Shown here in pieces: positions 11,341-23,160 of a stretch of DNA of 64,000 bases; position 1 is the stretch's first letter; each line of letters opens with the position of its first letter. A program made the position numbers and the translations under genes. The stretch spans positions 1,860,001-1,924,000 of the forward strand of contig NC_086098.1 in the NCBI RefSeq assembly GCF_963921235.1. The letters run 5' to 3'. This DNA is from Mobula hypostoma. Lineage: Eukaryota. The notes below the pieces were generated by a model that was not told the DNA's origin, ran no database searches, and saw nothing but the letters and a program-made list of their open reading frames with translations.

Positions 11341-11382
11341 CAGTCGACGTTTCAGGCCGAGACCCTTCGTCAGGACTAACTG
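11341..11382 (-). ncRNA. Minimal type I hammerhead ribozyme motif in the PLE terminal repeat
   Basis: Minus strand reads cagttAGTC-CTGACGA-aggGTCTCGGcct-GAAAC-GTC-GACTg: intact core boxes, stem I AGUC/GACU, stem II AGG/CCU, palindromic ACGU stem III and a GUC cleavage triplet. Confidence 0.8.
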
Positions 11383-11671
11383 AAGGAAGAGTGAGTAAGG
11401 GATTTGAAAGTTGGAGGGGGAGGGGGAGATCCAAAATGATAGGAGAAGACAGGAGGGGGAGGGATGGAGCCGAGAGCTGGACAGGTGATAGGCAAAAGGG
11501 GATACGAGAGGATCATGGGACAGGAGGTCCGGGAAGAAAGACAAGGGGGGGGGTGACCCAGAGGATGGGCAAGAGGTATATTCAGAGGGACAGAGGGAGA
11601 AAAAGGAGAGTGAGAGAAAGAATGTGTGCATAAAAAAGAGTAACAGATGGGGTACGAGGGGGAGGTGGGGC

Positions 11672-13701
11672 CTAGCGGAAGTTAGAGAAGTCAATGTTCA
11701 TGCCATCAGGTTGGAGGCTACCCATACGGAATATAAGGTGTTGTTCCTCCAACCTGAGTGTGGCTTCATCTTTACAGTAGAGGAGGCTGTGGATAGACAT
11801 GTCAGAATGGGAATGGGATGTGGAATTAAAATGTGTGGCCACTGGGAGATCCTGCTTTCTCTGGCGGACAGAGCGTAGATGTTCAGCAAAGCGGTCTCCC
11901 AGTCTGCGTCGGGTCTCACCAATATATAAAAGGCCACATCGGGAGCACTGGACGCAGTATATCAGCCCAGTCGACTCACAGGTGAAGTGATGCCTCACCT
12001 GGAAGGACTGTTTGGGGCCCTGAATGGTGGTAAGGGAGGAAGTGTAAGGGCATGTGTAGCACTTGTTCCGCTTACACGGATAAGTGCCAGGAGGGAGATC
12101 AGTGGGGAGGGATGGGGGGGACGAATGGACAAGGGAGTTGTGTAGGGAGCGATCCCTGCGGAATGCAGAGAGAGGGGGGGAGGGAAAGATATGCTTAGTG
12201 GTGGGATCCCGTTGGAGGTGGCGGAAGTTACGGAGAATAATATGTTGGACCCGGAGGCTGGTGGGGTGGTAGGTGAGGACCAGGGGAACCCTATTCCTAG
12301 TGGGGTGGTGGGAGGATGGAGTGAGAGCAGATGTACGTGAAATGGGGGAGATGTGTTTAAGAGCAGAGTTGATAGTGGAGGAAGGGAAGCCCCTTTCTTT
12401 AAAAAATGAAGACATCTCCCTCGTCCTAGAATGAAAAGCCTCATCCTGAGAGCAGATGCGGCGGAGACGGAGGAATTGCGAGAAGGGGATGGCGTTTTTG
12501 CAAGAGACAGGGTGAGAAGAGGAATAGTCCAGATAGCTGTGAGAGTCAGTAGGCTTATAGTAGACATCAGTGGATAAGCTGTCTCCAGAGACAGAGACAG
12601 AAAGATCTAGAAAGGGGAGGGAGGTGTCGGAAATGGACCAGGTAAACTTGAGGGCAGGGTGAAAGTTGGAGGCAAAGTTAATAAAGTCAACGAGTTCTGC
12701 ATGCGTGCAGGAAGCAGCGCCAATGCAGTCGTCGATGAAGGAAAAGTGGGGGACAGATACCAGAATAGGCACGGAACATAGATTGTTCCACAAACCCAAC
12801 AAAAAGGCAGGCATAGCTAGGACCCATACGGGTGCCCATAGCTACACCTTTAGTTTGGAGGAAATGGGAGGAGCAAAAGGAGAAATTATTAAGAGTAAGG
12901 ACTAATTCTGCTAGACGGAGCAGAGTGGTGGTAGAGGGGAACTGATTAGGTCTGGAATCCAAAAAGAAGCGTAGAGCTTTGAGACCTTCCTGATGGGGGA
13001 TGGAAGTATATAAGGACTGGACATCCATGGTGAAAATAAAGCGGTGGGGGCCAGGGAACTTAAAATCATCGAAAAGTTTAAGAGCGTGAGAAGTGTCACG
13101 AACATAGGTCGGAAGGGATTGAACAAGGGGTGATAAAACAGTGTCGAGGTATGCAGAAACGAGTTCGGTGGGGCAGGAGCAAGCTGAGACAATAGGTCGG
13201 CCAGGACAGGCAGGTTTGTGGATCTTGGGTAGGAGGTAGAAACAGGAAGTGCGGGGTGTGGGAACTATAAGGTTGGTAGCAGTGGATGGGAGATCCCCTG
13301 AGCGGATAAAGTCGTTGATAGTGTGGGAGACAATGGCCTGGTGCTCCTTAGTGGGGTCACGATCGAGGGGTAAATAAGAGGAGGTATCCGCGAGTTGTCG
13401 CTGTGCCTCGGCAAGGTAGAGGTCAGTACACCAGACTACAACAGCACCCCCCTTATCGGCGGGTTTAATAATAATGTTAGGATTAGTGCGGAGGGAGTGG
13501 AGAGCAGAGCGTTCCGAAGGAGTGAGGTTGGAATGGGGACAAGGTGCGGTGAAGTCGAGACGGTTGATGTCCCGTCGGCAGTTGGCAATAAAGAGATCCA
13601 GAGCAGGCAGAAGACCAGAGCGGGGTGTCCATGAAGAAGAGGAGGGTTGAAGACGGGAGAAGGGGTCATCGGTGGGGGTGGAAGAGTCCTTGCCGAAGAG
13701 G
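11672..13701 (-). pseudogene. PLE polyprotein (RT, Cys linker, GIY-YIG endonuclease) with one frameshift at the YIDD motif
   Basis: IIKPADKGGAVVV, FYLLPKIHK, MDVQSLYTSI, GVAMGTRMGP, IDD, CKRNKCYTC linker and LIYCVQCSRCGLLYIGETRR; frames 12687-13715 and 11672-12814 meet near 12737. Confidence 0.9.
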
Positions 13702-14639
13702 TAGGCCCATGGCATCTTATATCATCAATTTCCAATAGGACTTGCAATTGCAAGAGAAATGTCCAAGACAATCACTCACAGTTAAACTGCACACTGCTCT
13801 CATGCACCAACTCCAATGTCTTCGATTACCAGGCAGCAACACGGTCTGCATGCTGATCAGCTCCTCTGAACCCTCTCCAGCTAGTCCACTGGCTTCTACT
13901 TCTCCTGGCCCGCTTATTGGCTTCTCCTTCTGCGATCCCAGCACTGGCTTTTCCTTCTCCGACTCATTCGTCGGCTCCTTCGATGCCCCAGCCGGCTGCT
14001 CCAAACAACGAGCGGCTTACTGATGTAATAGGCCTGCAGTACCCATTGTTCTTGGAGTCCAGTATAGTCTTATGATCAGAAAAAGCAGTTTAAAAAATAA
14101 AGAGCTTCTTTGATTAGCTGCTGCGTTCGAACATGCTGCCATCTTACTGAACTGATCACAGGACTATTTACAATGAAAAACTTGCCTCCAACTGGAACAT
14201 CTTTGGACTGTGGGCGGGAACCAGAGGACCCAGAGAAAACAAGGTAACTGAAGGCTAGGAGCAACTGGTTGAGGCTGGCCTGTTCAATAGGTGAGCAGGG
14301 CTGTGGATGAAAGCTGGGTTTAAATGGGCTGTCGGTGAAGAGTTGGAAATGAACCTCAGGTTACTCCTGTTAGCTGGGTGGGTCTAGGAGGAGCCTACCT
14401 GTGCAGGCCTAACATCGTCACTCTATGGTTCAATGCTGTAAACTGCAATTTTGTGACAATTTATTCCAAATCCTCACCAGCTTCATTCCCATATTAGGAA
14501 CTTGGCTCAAACTGTTACACATCTTTGCAAAGGGCAAAACCCAGCAAAGAGAAATGACTTTTATTTCATTAGTCTAAGCTAAATCCAGTCAACTACCAGG
14601 CAAAATATTGGAATATTATAACAATCAAAGATTTCAAAT

Positions 14640-14985
14640 GTTCCCCTTCCCTCTTCTCTTATTCACTGCTCTGGCCTCTTACCGTTTCTCCTCTCTTGCC
14701 TATTACCTCCCCCTGGGTACACACACACACCCCCACCCCCCCACTTCCCTTTCTCCTATGCTCCTATCAGATTCCTTCTTCTTCATTTCCTGACCTTTCT
14801 CACCCATCTGGCTTCACCTATCACCTTCTAGCCTGTCCTCCTTCCCCTCCCCACCTTTTCATTCTGGCATCTTCCCCCTTCCTTTCTAGTCCCGATGAAG
14901 GGTCTCGACTATGTATTCATTTCTGTAGATGCTGCCTGACCTGCTAAGTTCCTCCAGCATTCTGTGTGTGTTGTTTCCAATATCT
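14640..14985 (+). mobile_element. Old Penelope-derived SINE-like repeat
   Basis: Pyrimidine-rich body followed by gtcccgatgaagggtctcg...gatgctgcctgacctgc, homologous to the PLE 3' end. Confidence 0.65.
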
Positions 14986-14999
14986 GAATCACTGAAGCC

Positions 15000-15335
15000 T
15001 ATGGGTTGTTTTCTCTGGAGCACGGAGGCTGAAGGGAGATCTGTAAGAGGTTTACAAGATTCAGAAAGGCATAGATTTAATTTCAAAGGAGATGTGAGGG
15101 GCAAGTATTTTATGCAGGAGTGCCTGGACTGGAGTGCCTAGAGTGGCGGCAGAGCCAGATACCTTAGGGACTTTTAAGAGATGTTGAGATGTACTGAAGA
15201 ATGTGAAGAAAATGTAAGGATATAGACATTGTGTAGACAGAAGGGATTAGTTTAGTTAGCTATTTGATTACTAATTTAATTAGCTTGATGTAACATGGTG
15301 GGCTGAAGGGCCTGTTCCTGTTCTGAATTCTTCTA
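15000..15335 (+). mobile_element. Degenerate CR1 3' fragment
   Basis: Decayed RLKGDL and FKGDVRGK sequence, and a gggctgaagggcctg 3' UTR. Confidence 0.6.
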
Positions 15336-15431
15336 CAGTGTGGCCTATATCCTGACGAAGGACCTTGCCCTGAAATATTATCTCTTTATTCCTATCCTAG
15401 ATGCTGCCTGACCTGCTGAGTTCCTCTGGAA

Positions 15432-17790
15432 AGGTGGTCACCAACCTTTTTAAGCCCAAGATCCCCTACCTCGACCTCAGTGAAAGGCAAGATCTACCTA
15501 CTAGATCATTTAGAGAAAAAACAGCTCAGATTGTACTTCCAGTTTGAGGCCTTTTATTCGGGCTAATTGTATTTGAATTACACAAAATAATTTTGTCAAA
15601 CTTTCAAATTAATTCAAATAAGAAAACACTGTAACTAGCATATCTTTCTTTAAGAATATTACAATAATTCACACCTTTAATTATAGGTTTTATTATTTAA
15701 TTTTATTTCAACACAAAAAATAAGTGAATAAAAATTGACTGTTGCACTCAGTGTGATGACTGGGGCAGAATACTTATTGCTAGTTCCCTGAAATTTGGCT
15801 CATAACTACAGACAGCCAGTCTGACACAGTCTGTGAGGTGTCTGTCAGTAAGACAGCGCCTGTACTTAGATTTAATAATTTTTCATCTGTGAAAATGCAA
15901 TTTCACATAGATAAGTTGACCCAAAGTAGGCACTGACTTTTAGTGCTATAAAACCAACACGCACACTGCGCATTGCTGGGGCCCATCAGTAGTAATTGCC
16001 ACCAGTTTATGAATGGGGATGTCATTTTCACGGACATATTTTTTAAAATTGTAAATATCCTCACCACTCGTTCTCTCCTTTAATTGCAAAAGAGTGAGGA
16101 AGTCCACCTTTGTTGTAAAATCCTGGAAAGCCATTCTGACAAATACAACAAGCTTGAGCTGTTTGCATTACATCCAGAGGTTCATCGAATTGTAGTGAAA
16201 AATATCCACGTCCTCTGACAGTGACTCTACCCTCCTTGTCACTGTTGCAGGACCAAGTGGTATATTATGTATTGTGGTTGTGACGTCGTTTTTGTTTTTA
16301 AAGTCATTAAAAACAGTCTCTGTGGTAATGGCCATTGCTTCCTTGAATAAATCGCCATCTGTAAAAGGCTTCTTGTGTTTAGTCAAAAGGTGACTTACAC
16401 GAAATGATGCTTCAATAGCAGCCTTATTCTGAGCAGCGTGTTTTGTGAAAAACAATTGCTGGGCCTTCAACCCGATTTCAGCTCAACTTTCCTGGCACGA
16501 ATTGCGCTCATTGGGGGCTGGGTGTCTTTAAATTTCTGGTGGTTGGTGTTGTGGTGCTGCTCCAGATTCCCTCTTTTAGTCAGTGCTTGTGTTTGGTGGC
16601 ACAACATACATACACACTTGTCTTTCACCAAGGTAAATGGAAATTCCTCTTCCCATTATGGATGGAATTTGTATATTTTCACCTTCTTTCGTGGAGCCTC
16701 CGCCATGCTATCAGGATATCACGAGCGAGTCCTGTATATTGATGTTTGTGACAGTCTGTACTCTTACCCAGTGGTCCCTAACCTCCAGGCCGCGAAGAAT
16801 GCAGTGGTGCAGGGGTAGCCGGAACGCACCCAGCACATCTTTAAGAGAAAAAGCCGAAATAAACAAGCTAATTAATTAGGGGCCGCCCGGCATGTAAATG
16901 TCGGCCCAGATAGTCCCCGATAGCAGGTGGCAGAAGGGAGAAACTCTCTCTGCCATAAACCTCCAGGCACCGACAACTGCCGATGCATCGGAAGCACCCG
17001 ACCGCAGCCGACTCTGAGTCAGTCCGAAAACTTCAAGCCTCCGACCAGCCCTTCGACACCGAGCACCGAGCACCATCTCTGTCGAGCGCTTCGACCCCGT
17101 CCCAGCCGCCGAACAACAAGCAAAGCCGAGGACTTGGGGCCTACCCCTCCGGAGATTCTGGATCACACAGTAGCAGCGGCAGTGAAGAAGGTATTTCAGA
17201 AGTTTCTCCAGATGTTCCTCTGTTCTCTCACGTCTGTCTCCATCAAATCAGGATTGTGCACAGCACCCTACTTGACAGATTACAGATATCATTCACCGGA
17301 GTGGCTGCGCAAGCTGCGTTGCGCCGCCATCTTCTCCTCCTCCTTTAATTAAAAGGTTGTGCCAGCCTTTTAATTGCTTGTTTATTTTGGCTTTTTTCTT
17401 GAATGTGCTGGGTGCGTTCCGACTACCGCTGTACCGCTGCATTCCTCACGGCCCGCTGGTTAGGAACCACTGCGTATCTAATCTAATTGGCCACTTTGAT
17501 GCAGCACAAGCTACGCTGAAAACGTGGTGCATGGCGGGGGAGATACACACATGCGCACTGGGCAGAAAGAACAGTTCTAAAACCCCGCAACCCGGAAACA
17601 ATCTCTCTTTACAAGCAGCTTTGTAGCAAAAGCATTGTTATATTACCATTATCCTAATTAGTATTACTTATTTTTATAATGCTCACATTACAACAGTATT
17701 TGTGTATTTATTTTTGATTTTTTTCGGGATCTACTGGGAAAGTCTCAAAGATCGACCAGTCGATCGCGATCGACAGGTTGGCGACCCTTA
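15432..17790 (-). mobile_element. hAT (Buster/GTF2IRD2-like) transposon, internally deleted, both ends present
   Basis: TIRs aggtggtcaccaacc (15432-15446) and ggttggcgaccctta (17776-17790); 8-bp TSD ctctggaa/ctctagca; transposase remnant 16706 to 15748 with a BED-like CMLC..H..H, KPFTDG, TTDG and FGSTYLCE. Confidence 0.85.
16769..17472. mobile_element. hAT-type MITE with about 100-bp imperfect TIRs, nested in the hAT element
   Basis: Starts cagtggtccctaacc and ends ggttaggaaccactg; 16769-16875 is reverse-complementary to about 17370-17472. TSD not recognisable. Confidence 0.75.
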
Positions 17791-18394
17791 CTCTAGCACA
17801 TTGTGCTACATGTTCTATGATCTATATTGGCATTGATTTTCCAGTTACTTGTAAAGCCAGGAATCGTTGGTAACTTCAAAGAAACTAGTTCACAAAGGTC
17901 GAGAAATCTCCATGGAGGGGATTTTACTTCCTCATCCATTGGCATTAATTCCAAGGAATCCCCGGATCCAGCAACAGTGAGATTATCAATCAGGCTGAGC
18001 AGACAATCACACTGACAACTTTTCAAGGACATAAAAGACATACAAAGAGAATACTTGCAACAAAGAACATTGCAGAACTCAGTGTATAGCCAAAAACATA
18101 CATACCAGTTTATGGCAGAACCTGGAATATTATACATATTCTTTAAAGATAGATTTTATGATTTAAAAGCTTTGAAGTACTTACCTATTAGAATGGCTAT
18201 TCACGTATAAATTTATTTATCTTAGGACCATGTTAAGAGATTGTTAAGCCATGATAACACATCAGAATGTTATTAAGTCCTGTTGTAATAAAATATACCA
18301 TTTTCATAATTTTGCTTGATAAAGAATAATTTGCTAATACCCAAGTTTTCACCAGTTTATTGATCTATGTAAAGTATGTTGGAATGATTTCCAA

Positions 18395-19095
18395 AACATA
18401 GAACATAAAAACATAGAAAACCTACAGCACAATACAGGCCCTTTGGCCCACAAGGTTGTGCTGAACATGTCCCTACCTTAGAAATTACTAGGCTTACCCC
18501 TAGCCCTCTATTTTTCTAAGCTCCACGTACCTATCCAAAAGTTTCTTAAAAGGCCCTATCGTATCCGCCTCTACCACTGTTGCCGGCAGCCCATTCCATG
18601 CAGTCACCACTCTCTGAGTAAAAAAACTTACCCCTGACATCTCCTCTGTACCTACTCCCCAGCACCTGAAACCTGTGTCCTCTTGTGGCAACCATTTCAT
18701 AGAACATTACAGCACAGTACAGGTCCTTTGGCCGACAATGTTGTGCCAGCCTTTTAATCTACTCTAAAATCAATCAAATCTTCCCTCCTACATAGCCTCT
18801 ATTTTTCTATCATCTAAGAGTTTCTTAAATGCCTCGAATGTATCTGCTTCAACCACCACCCCTGACAGGGTGTTTCGCACATCCGCTACTCTTAAGGTAA
18901 TAAAATCTACTTCTGATATCCCTTCTGTGCTTTCCTCCAATCACCTTAAAATTAATCTCCCTCATATTAGCCATTTCCACCCTGGGCAGGAAGTCTTTGG
19001 CTGTCCACTCAGTCTGTGCCTCTTACCTGCATGTGCACCCCTATCAAGTGACCCATCATCCTCCTTCGGTCCAGAGGGAAAGCCCAGCTCACTCA
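18395..19095 (-). mobile_element. Two adjacent CR1 3' fragments
   Basis: FFTQRVVTAWNGLP frame at 18500-18700; catagaac tails near 18397 and 18698. Confidence 0.75.
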
Positions 19096-19654
19096 CCAGC
19101 GGACCATGGGGATGAGCAGGGAATTATCCACTGAAGATTTTGTGTTAAATGCACATACGAAGTGACTGTCAGTTCTCTTCCAGAATGGGGCACAAATGTA
19201 CACAACAGAATAAGAGGAGTGGTCTGCCTGGCTCTCAGATTCACCCCAGTCTTCAATATTAAGGCTTTCAGTGTAAACCTTGAGCAAAAGTCCAGATCTG
19301 GACTCCCGAAGCCAGTCCTAGTGTTGAGCTGAGTTCAGTGGTGACTGGCCACTCCTACGACACTACTGTTGTCAAACTGTATTGGTCTCCGTTGTACCTT
19401 TGCATTCATTAACTGTGTGGAGAGAGGGAGTCTGCTGCATGGGCAACAGCTTGCTCTCCATACCGTACTGGCCTGTCTTGCATACTGGCTTGCGTATCAC
19501 ATTGACAGCCGGAACACAATATCCATGGTTGACCCAACCAACGGAGAGTCTCAGGTTTTCTCGTACTGGAAACCTATCAGACACAATTCAACGTGAACTC
19601 CATTACAGACATTTAATAAATAAACGTAACTTCTGAATATTCATTCTTTTGCCA

Positions 19655-19915
19655 TGGTAGCATACTGATTAGCCCAATGTTGTTACCACTCAGCGTGTTG
19701 GAGTTCAGAGTTCAGTTTGGACACGGTCTGCAAAGAGTTTGTACATTCTCCCTCTGACTGGGTGGGCTTCCTCCTGGTGCTCCAATTTCCTCTCCCAGTC
19801 CAAAACCTTGGTTACTGTAAATTGTCCTGTGATTAGGCCAGGGTTAAATAGATGGGCTGCTGGGTGGGGCAGCCCACTCGGCCGGTTCCTTGCTATATCT
19901 CTGAATAGATAAATT
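19655..19915 (+). mobile_element. V-SINE/HE1-like SINE, degenerate
   Basis: Central gtttgtacattctcc...ttcctcctggtgctccaatttcctctcccagtccaaa resembles the V-SINE domain; a related copy lies at 36710-37028. Confidence 0.55.
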
Positions 19916-20029
19916 AATTTCCTATGAAAGTCACCTTATGTACAGACATTCCTGTACCTGACACCCACAATCTATGTATATAAACTACATTTATAGTTAA
20001 TGCGTTCTTTTTATTATTGTGGTCTTCAG

Positions 20030-21264
20030 TTTATTAACGATGAGTCAGCATACAGAGAGGAGGTGCAGCGGCTAATGGACTGGTGCAGAGCCAACAACCT
20101 GTCTCTGAATGTGAACAAAACAAAAGAGGTGGTTGTTGATTTCAGGAGGACACGGAGCGACCACTCTCCGCTGAACATCGATGACTCCTCCATAGAGATC
20201 GTTAAGAGCAGCAAATTTCTTGGTGTTCACCTGGCAGAGAATCTCACCTGTTCCCTCAACACCAGCTCCATAGCAAAGAAAGCCCAGCAGCGTCTCTACT
20301 TTCTGTGAAGGCCGAGAAAAGTCCATCTCCCACCCCCCCATCCTCACCACATTCTACAGAGGTTGTATTGAGAGCATCCTGAGCAGCTGCATCACTGCCT
20401 GGTTCGGAAATTGCACAGTCTCGGATCGCAAGACCCTGCTGTGGATAGTGAGGTCAGCTGAGAAGATCATCGGGGTCTCTCTTCCTGCCGTTACAGACAT
20501 TTACACTGCACGCTGCATCCGCAAAGCAAACAGCATTATGAAGGACCCCACGCACCCCTCATACAAACTCTTCTCCCTCCTGCCATCTGGCAAAAGGCAC
20601 CGAAGCATTCGGGCTCTCACGACCAGACTATGTAACAGTTTCTTCCCCCAAGCCATCAGACTCCTCAATACCCAGAGCCTGGACTGACATCTACATCATG
20701 TATTATTATATTGTAATTTGTCCTCTACTGTACCTATTGTCTTCTTTATTATTTATTGTACTGCCCTGCACTGTTTTGTGCACTTTATGCAGTCCTGGGT
20801 AGGTCTGTACTCTAGTGTAGTTTTTATATTGTTTCAGGTAGCACCAAGGTCCTGAAGTGGGCACGTGGCCAAGTGGTTCAGGCATTGGACTAGCGACATG
20901 AAGGTCGTGCGTTTGAGCCCCAGACGAGGCGGCGTGTTGTATCCTTGAGCAAGGAACTTAACCACACACTGCTCTGCGACGACACTGGTGCCAAGCTGTA
21001 TCGGCCCTTGCCCTTCCCTTGTACAACATCGGTGTCGTGGAGAGGGGAGACTTGCAGCATGGGCAACTGCCTGTCTTCTATACAACCTTGCCCAGGCCTG
21101 CGCCCTGGAGAGTGAAGACTTTCCAGGCGCAGATCCATGGTCTCGCAAGACTAATGGATGCCTTTATAACTTTATATGGTCCTGAAAAACGTTGTCTCAT
21201 TTTTACTGTGTAGTGTACCAGCAGTTATAGTCGAAATGACAATAAAAAGACACTTGACTTGACT
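20030..21264 (+). mobile_element. Rex1/Babar-type LINE 3' fragment interrupted by a SINE
   Basis: DESAYREEVQRL, NNLSLNVNKTKE, AQQRLYFL, LLPSGKR and NSFFPQAIRLLN; (GACTT)n tail. Confidence 0.85.
20857..21177 (+). mobile_element. Full-length tRNA-derived SINE
   Basis: A box TGGCCAAGTGG at 20866-20876, B-box-like cGTTtGAGCCC at 20910-20920, ccttgagcaagg motif, and TSD ggtcctgaa at 20848-20856 and 21178-21186. Confidence 0.85.
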
Positions 21265-21359
21265 TTTTGTGCTGCATTGGATCCAGAGTAATAATTATTT
21301 CATTCTCTTTTACACGTGTGTACTGGAAATGACGTTAAACCGTCTTGAATCTTGAATCT

Positions 21360-21905
21360 TCTAATGTGGACAGGAAGGCTCTACGACGAGTAGTCAAAAC
21401 TGCCCAACGCGTCACTGGCACTAGCCCATGTCATCAAGGACGTAGATACAGAAACATGATGGAAAAGGGCCAGCAGCATCATGAAGGCTCCCATCCACCC
21501 TGCTCATGCACTGTTGGTCCCACTGCCATCAGGGAGGAGGCTACGTAACAGCCACGCCAGGACCATCAGACACATAAACAGTTACTTTCCCCAAGCAGTA
21601 CATCTGATCAACACCTCCACCCACTAACCCACCTCTCCACACCCAAAACCACCACTACATTATCATTTCCTGTCAAAGTCGCCTTAAGTTCAGAGACTCC
21701 TTTGCCTAGTGTCACTTTATGGATATAGAATCAATGTATATAAGCTATCTTGCATATTTATACTTATTGTGTTTTTTTTTTATTACTGTGTTCTTTATCC
21801 TACTGTGTTTTTTGTGCTGCTTCGGATCTGGAGCAACAATTACTTTGTTCTCCTTTACACTTGTGTACTGGGATTGACATTAAACAATCTTGAATCTTGA
21901 ATCTT
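21360..21905 (+). mobile_element. Old Rex-type 3' fragment
   Basis: DRKALRRVVKTAQRVTG and a (TCTTGAA)n tail. Confidence 0.65.
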
Positions 21906-22894
21906 CTAATCTGCTGCAATGCAAGAACAGTAACAATTTCCTCAGAGGGAAGGTTGGTAAACCACAATCAGTTAATAGAAGCAGAAAACAAGAAAGTCTT
22001 CAATAAAAATGAGCAGTTCACAGGCTAACTTGATAGCCTCATTAGAAGATTACAGAAAACAGTTTATTGCAGATGTTACATGAATTAAAATTATGCAGAT
22101 TGTAAATTCAAAGCAATATTCACAACAAGAGTTGAAGGACTTCCAAGCTGTGGTAATAATTATGTATATGTTAAACAGATATCATTGTTGTGGTTCAGTT
22201 TTGGTTGAATTCCAGCTGGAACATGATGGAAGAGCTTGCAGCAACTGCCCAGTAGGTCACAGTGACTGTGCCTGCCAACAGGTGCCGATAATAGACCAAT
22301 TTAATTTGGAAGTAATTTCCCTGGCACACAGGAAACCCCGCTGTAATCATTTTTTCCCGAAGACTGTGTGCACACTTCAATGAAGATGTTATACAATTGA
22401 GTGTGAAAAATCCATATTTGGGTTAATTACCCACTGAGCTGCCTGCACAAGAGTAACCTCCCACTCAGTTCCGTGTGTGTCGTCCCACATAGGTCAGCAA
22501 AGCAGTGAAAATGTGATACTCAAACCTCATGGAATTCTACACGCCACTAAACTGTTGGACTAAACATCTTGCTCCCATCCCCACTGCCCACCCACCCATG
22601 TTAACTCCTTCTCTACCGCCACAAAAAATGAATATATTGAAAATGTTCTAAAGGTATCTGAATGCTTATTCGTAGGAAAAAATAACAGACCATTTTGATG
22701 TTAGGAGGAGAAATTTTGCTGTGTGGGAGTTCTCTAATTCTAACTGCCCAGGATCAACTGTGGGAATTAATTTCAGGATTCAAGATTGAAGATTGTTTAT
22801 TGTCATTCTTCAGCACACAAGTATAAATGAGAACAAAATGATTGCTACTATGGATCTGAAGCACAATAAGCATTAAAACATGATAAAAAAAACA

Positions 22895-23160
22895 CACTCA
22901 ATGGGCATTATTCAGTGTCTCCAGTACCTAAGTGTATGTTCATGGTCTTCTGCTAATGTAGCCCATCCATTTCAGGGTTCAAAGTGTTGTGCTTTCAGAG
23001 ACGCTCTTCTGCATATCACTGTAGTAATGTGGCTATTTGAGTTACTGTTAGCTTGAACCAGTCCTCCCATTCTCCTCTGACCTCTCTCATTAACAAGGCG
23101 TTTTCACTTACAGAACTACCGCTCACTGCATGTTCACTATTTCTCGCACAACTCTCTGTA
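22895..23160 (+). mobile_element. Non-autonomous Tc1-like element fragment
   Basis: Shares gcttgaaccagt...ctcctctgac.tctctcattaacaaggc with 29810-29860 and left-end sequence with 4915-5020. Confidence 0.55.

Larger units (their letters stand above)
11280..13701 (-). mobile_element. Penelope-like retroelement (Neptune type), 5'-truncated
   Basis: RT plus GIY-YIG coding region and 3' terminal repeat; 10-bp TSD taggcccatg at 11270-11279 and 13702-13711. Confidence 0.92.

Noticed and set aside
13717..14023. Overlapping ORFs of about 95 aa next to the PLE
   Set aside because: There are no recognisable domains, and they lie outside the TSD so they are not the PLE N-terminus.
15748..16706. GTF2IRD2/EPM2AIP1-like host gene
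   Set aside because: It has stops and a large internal deletion, and is flanked by TIRs and a TSD.
19093..19290. Minus-strand exon ending at a GTGAGT donor
   Set aside because: The apparent donor lies at the edge of the adjacent CR1 fragment and the peptide is unrecognisable.
20857..20935. tRNA gene
   Set aside because: It is the head of a TSD-flanked SINE with a degenerate B box and no convincing cloverleaf.
22093..22383. Cys-rich ORF with an EGF-like look (FQLEHDGRAC)
   Set aside because: Cys spacing does not fit an EGF repeat and the splice signals are weak, so it is unsupported without a homology search.
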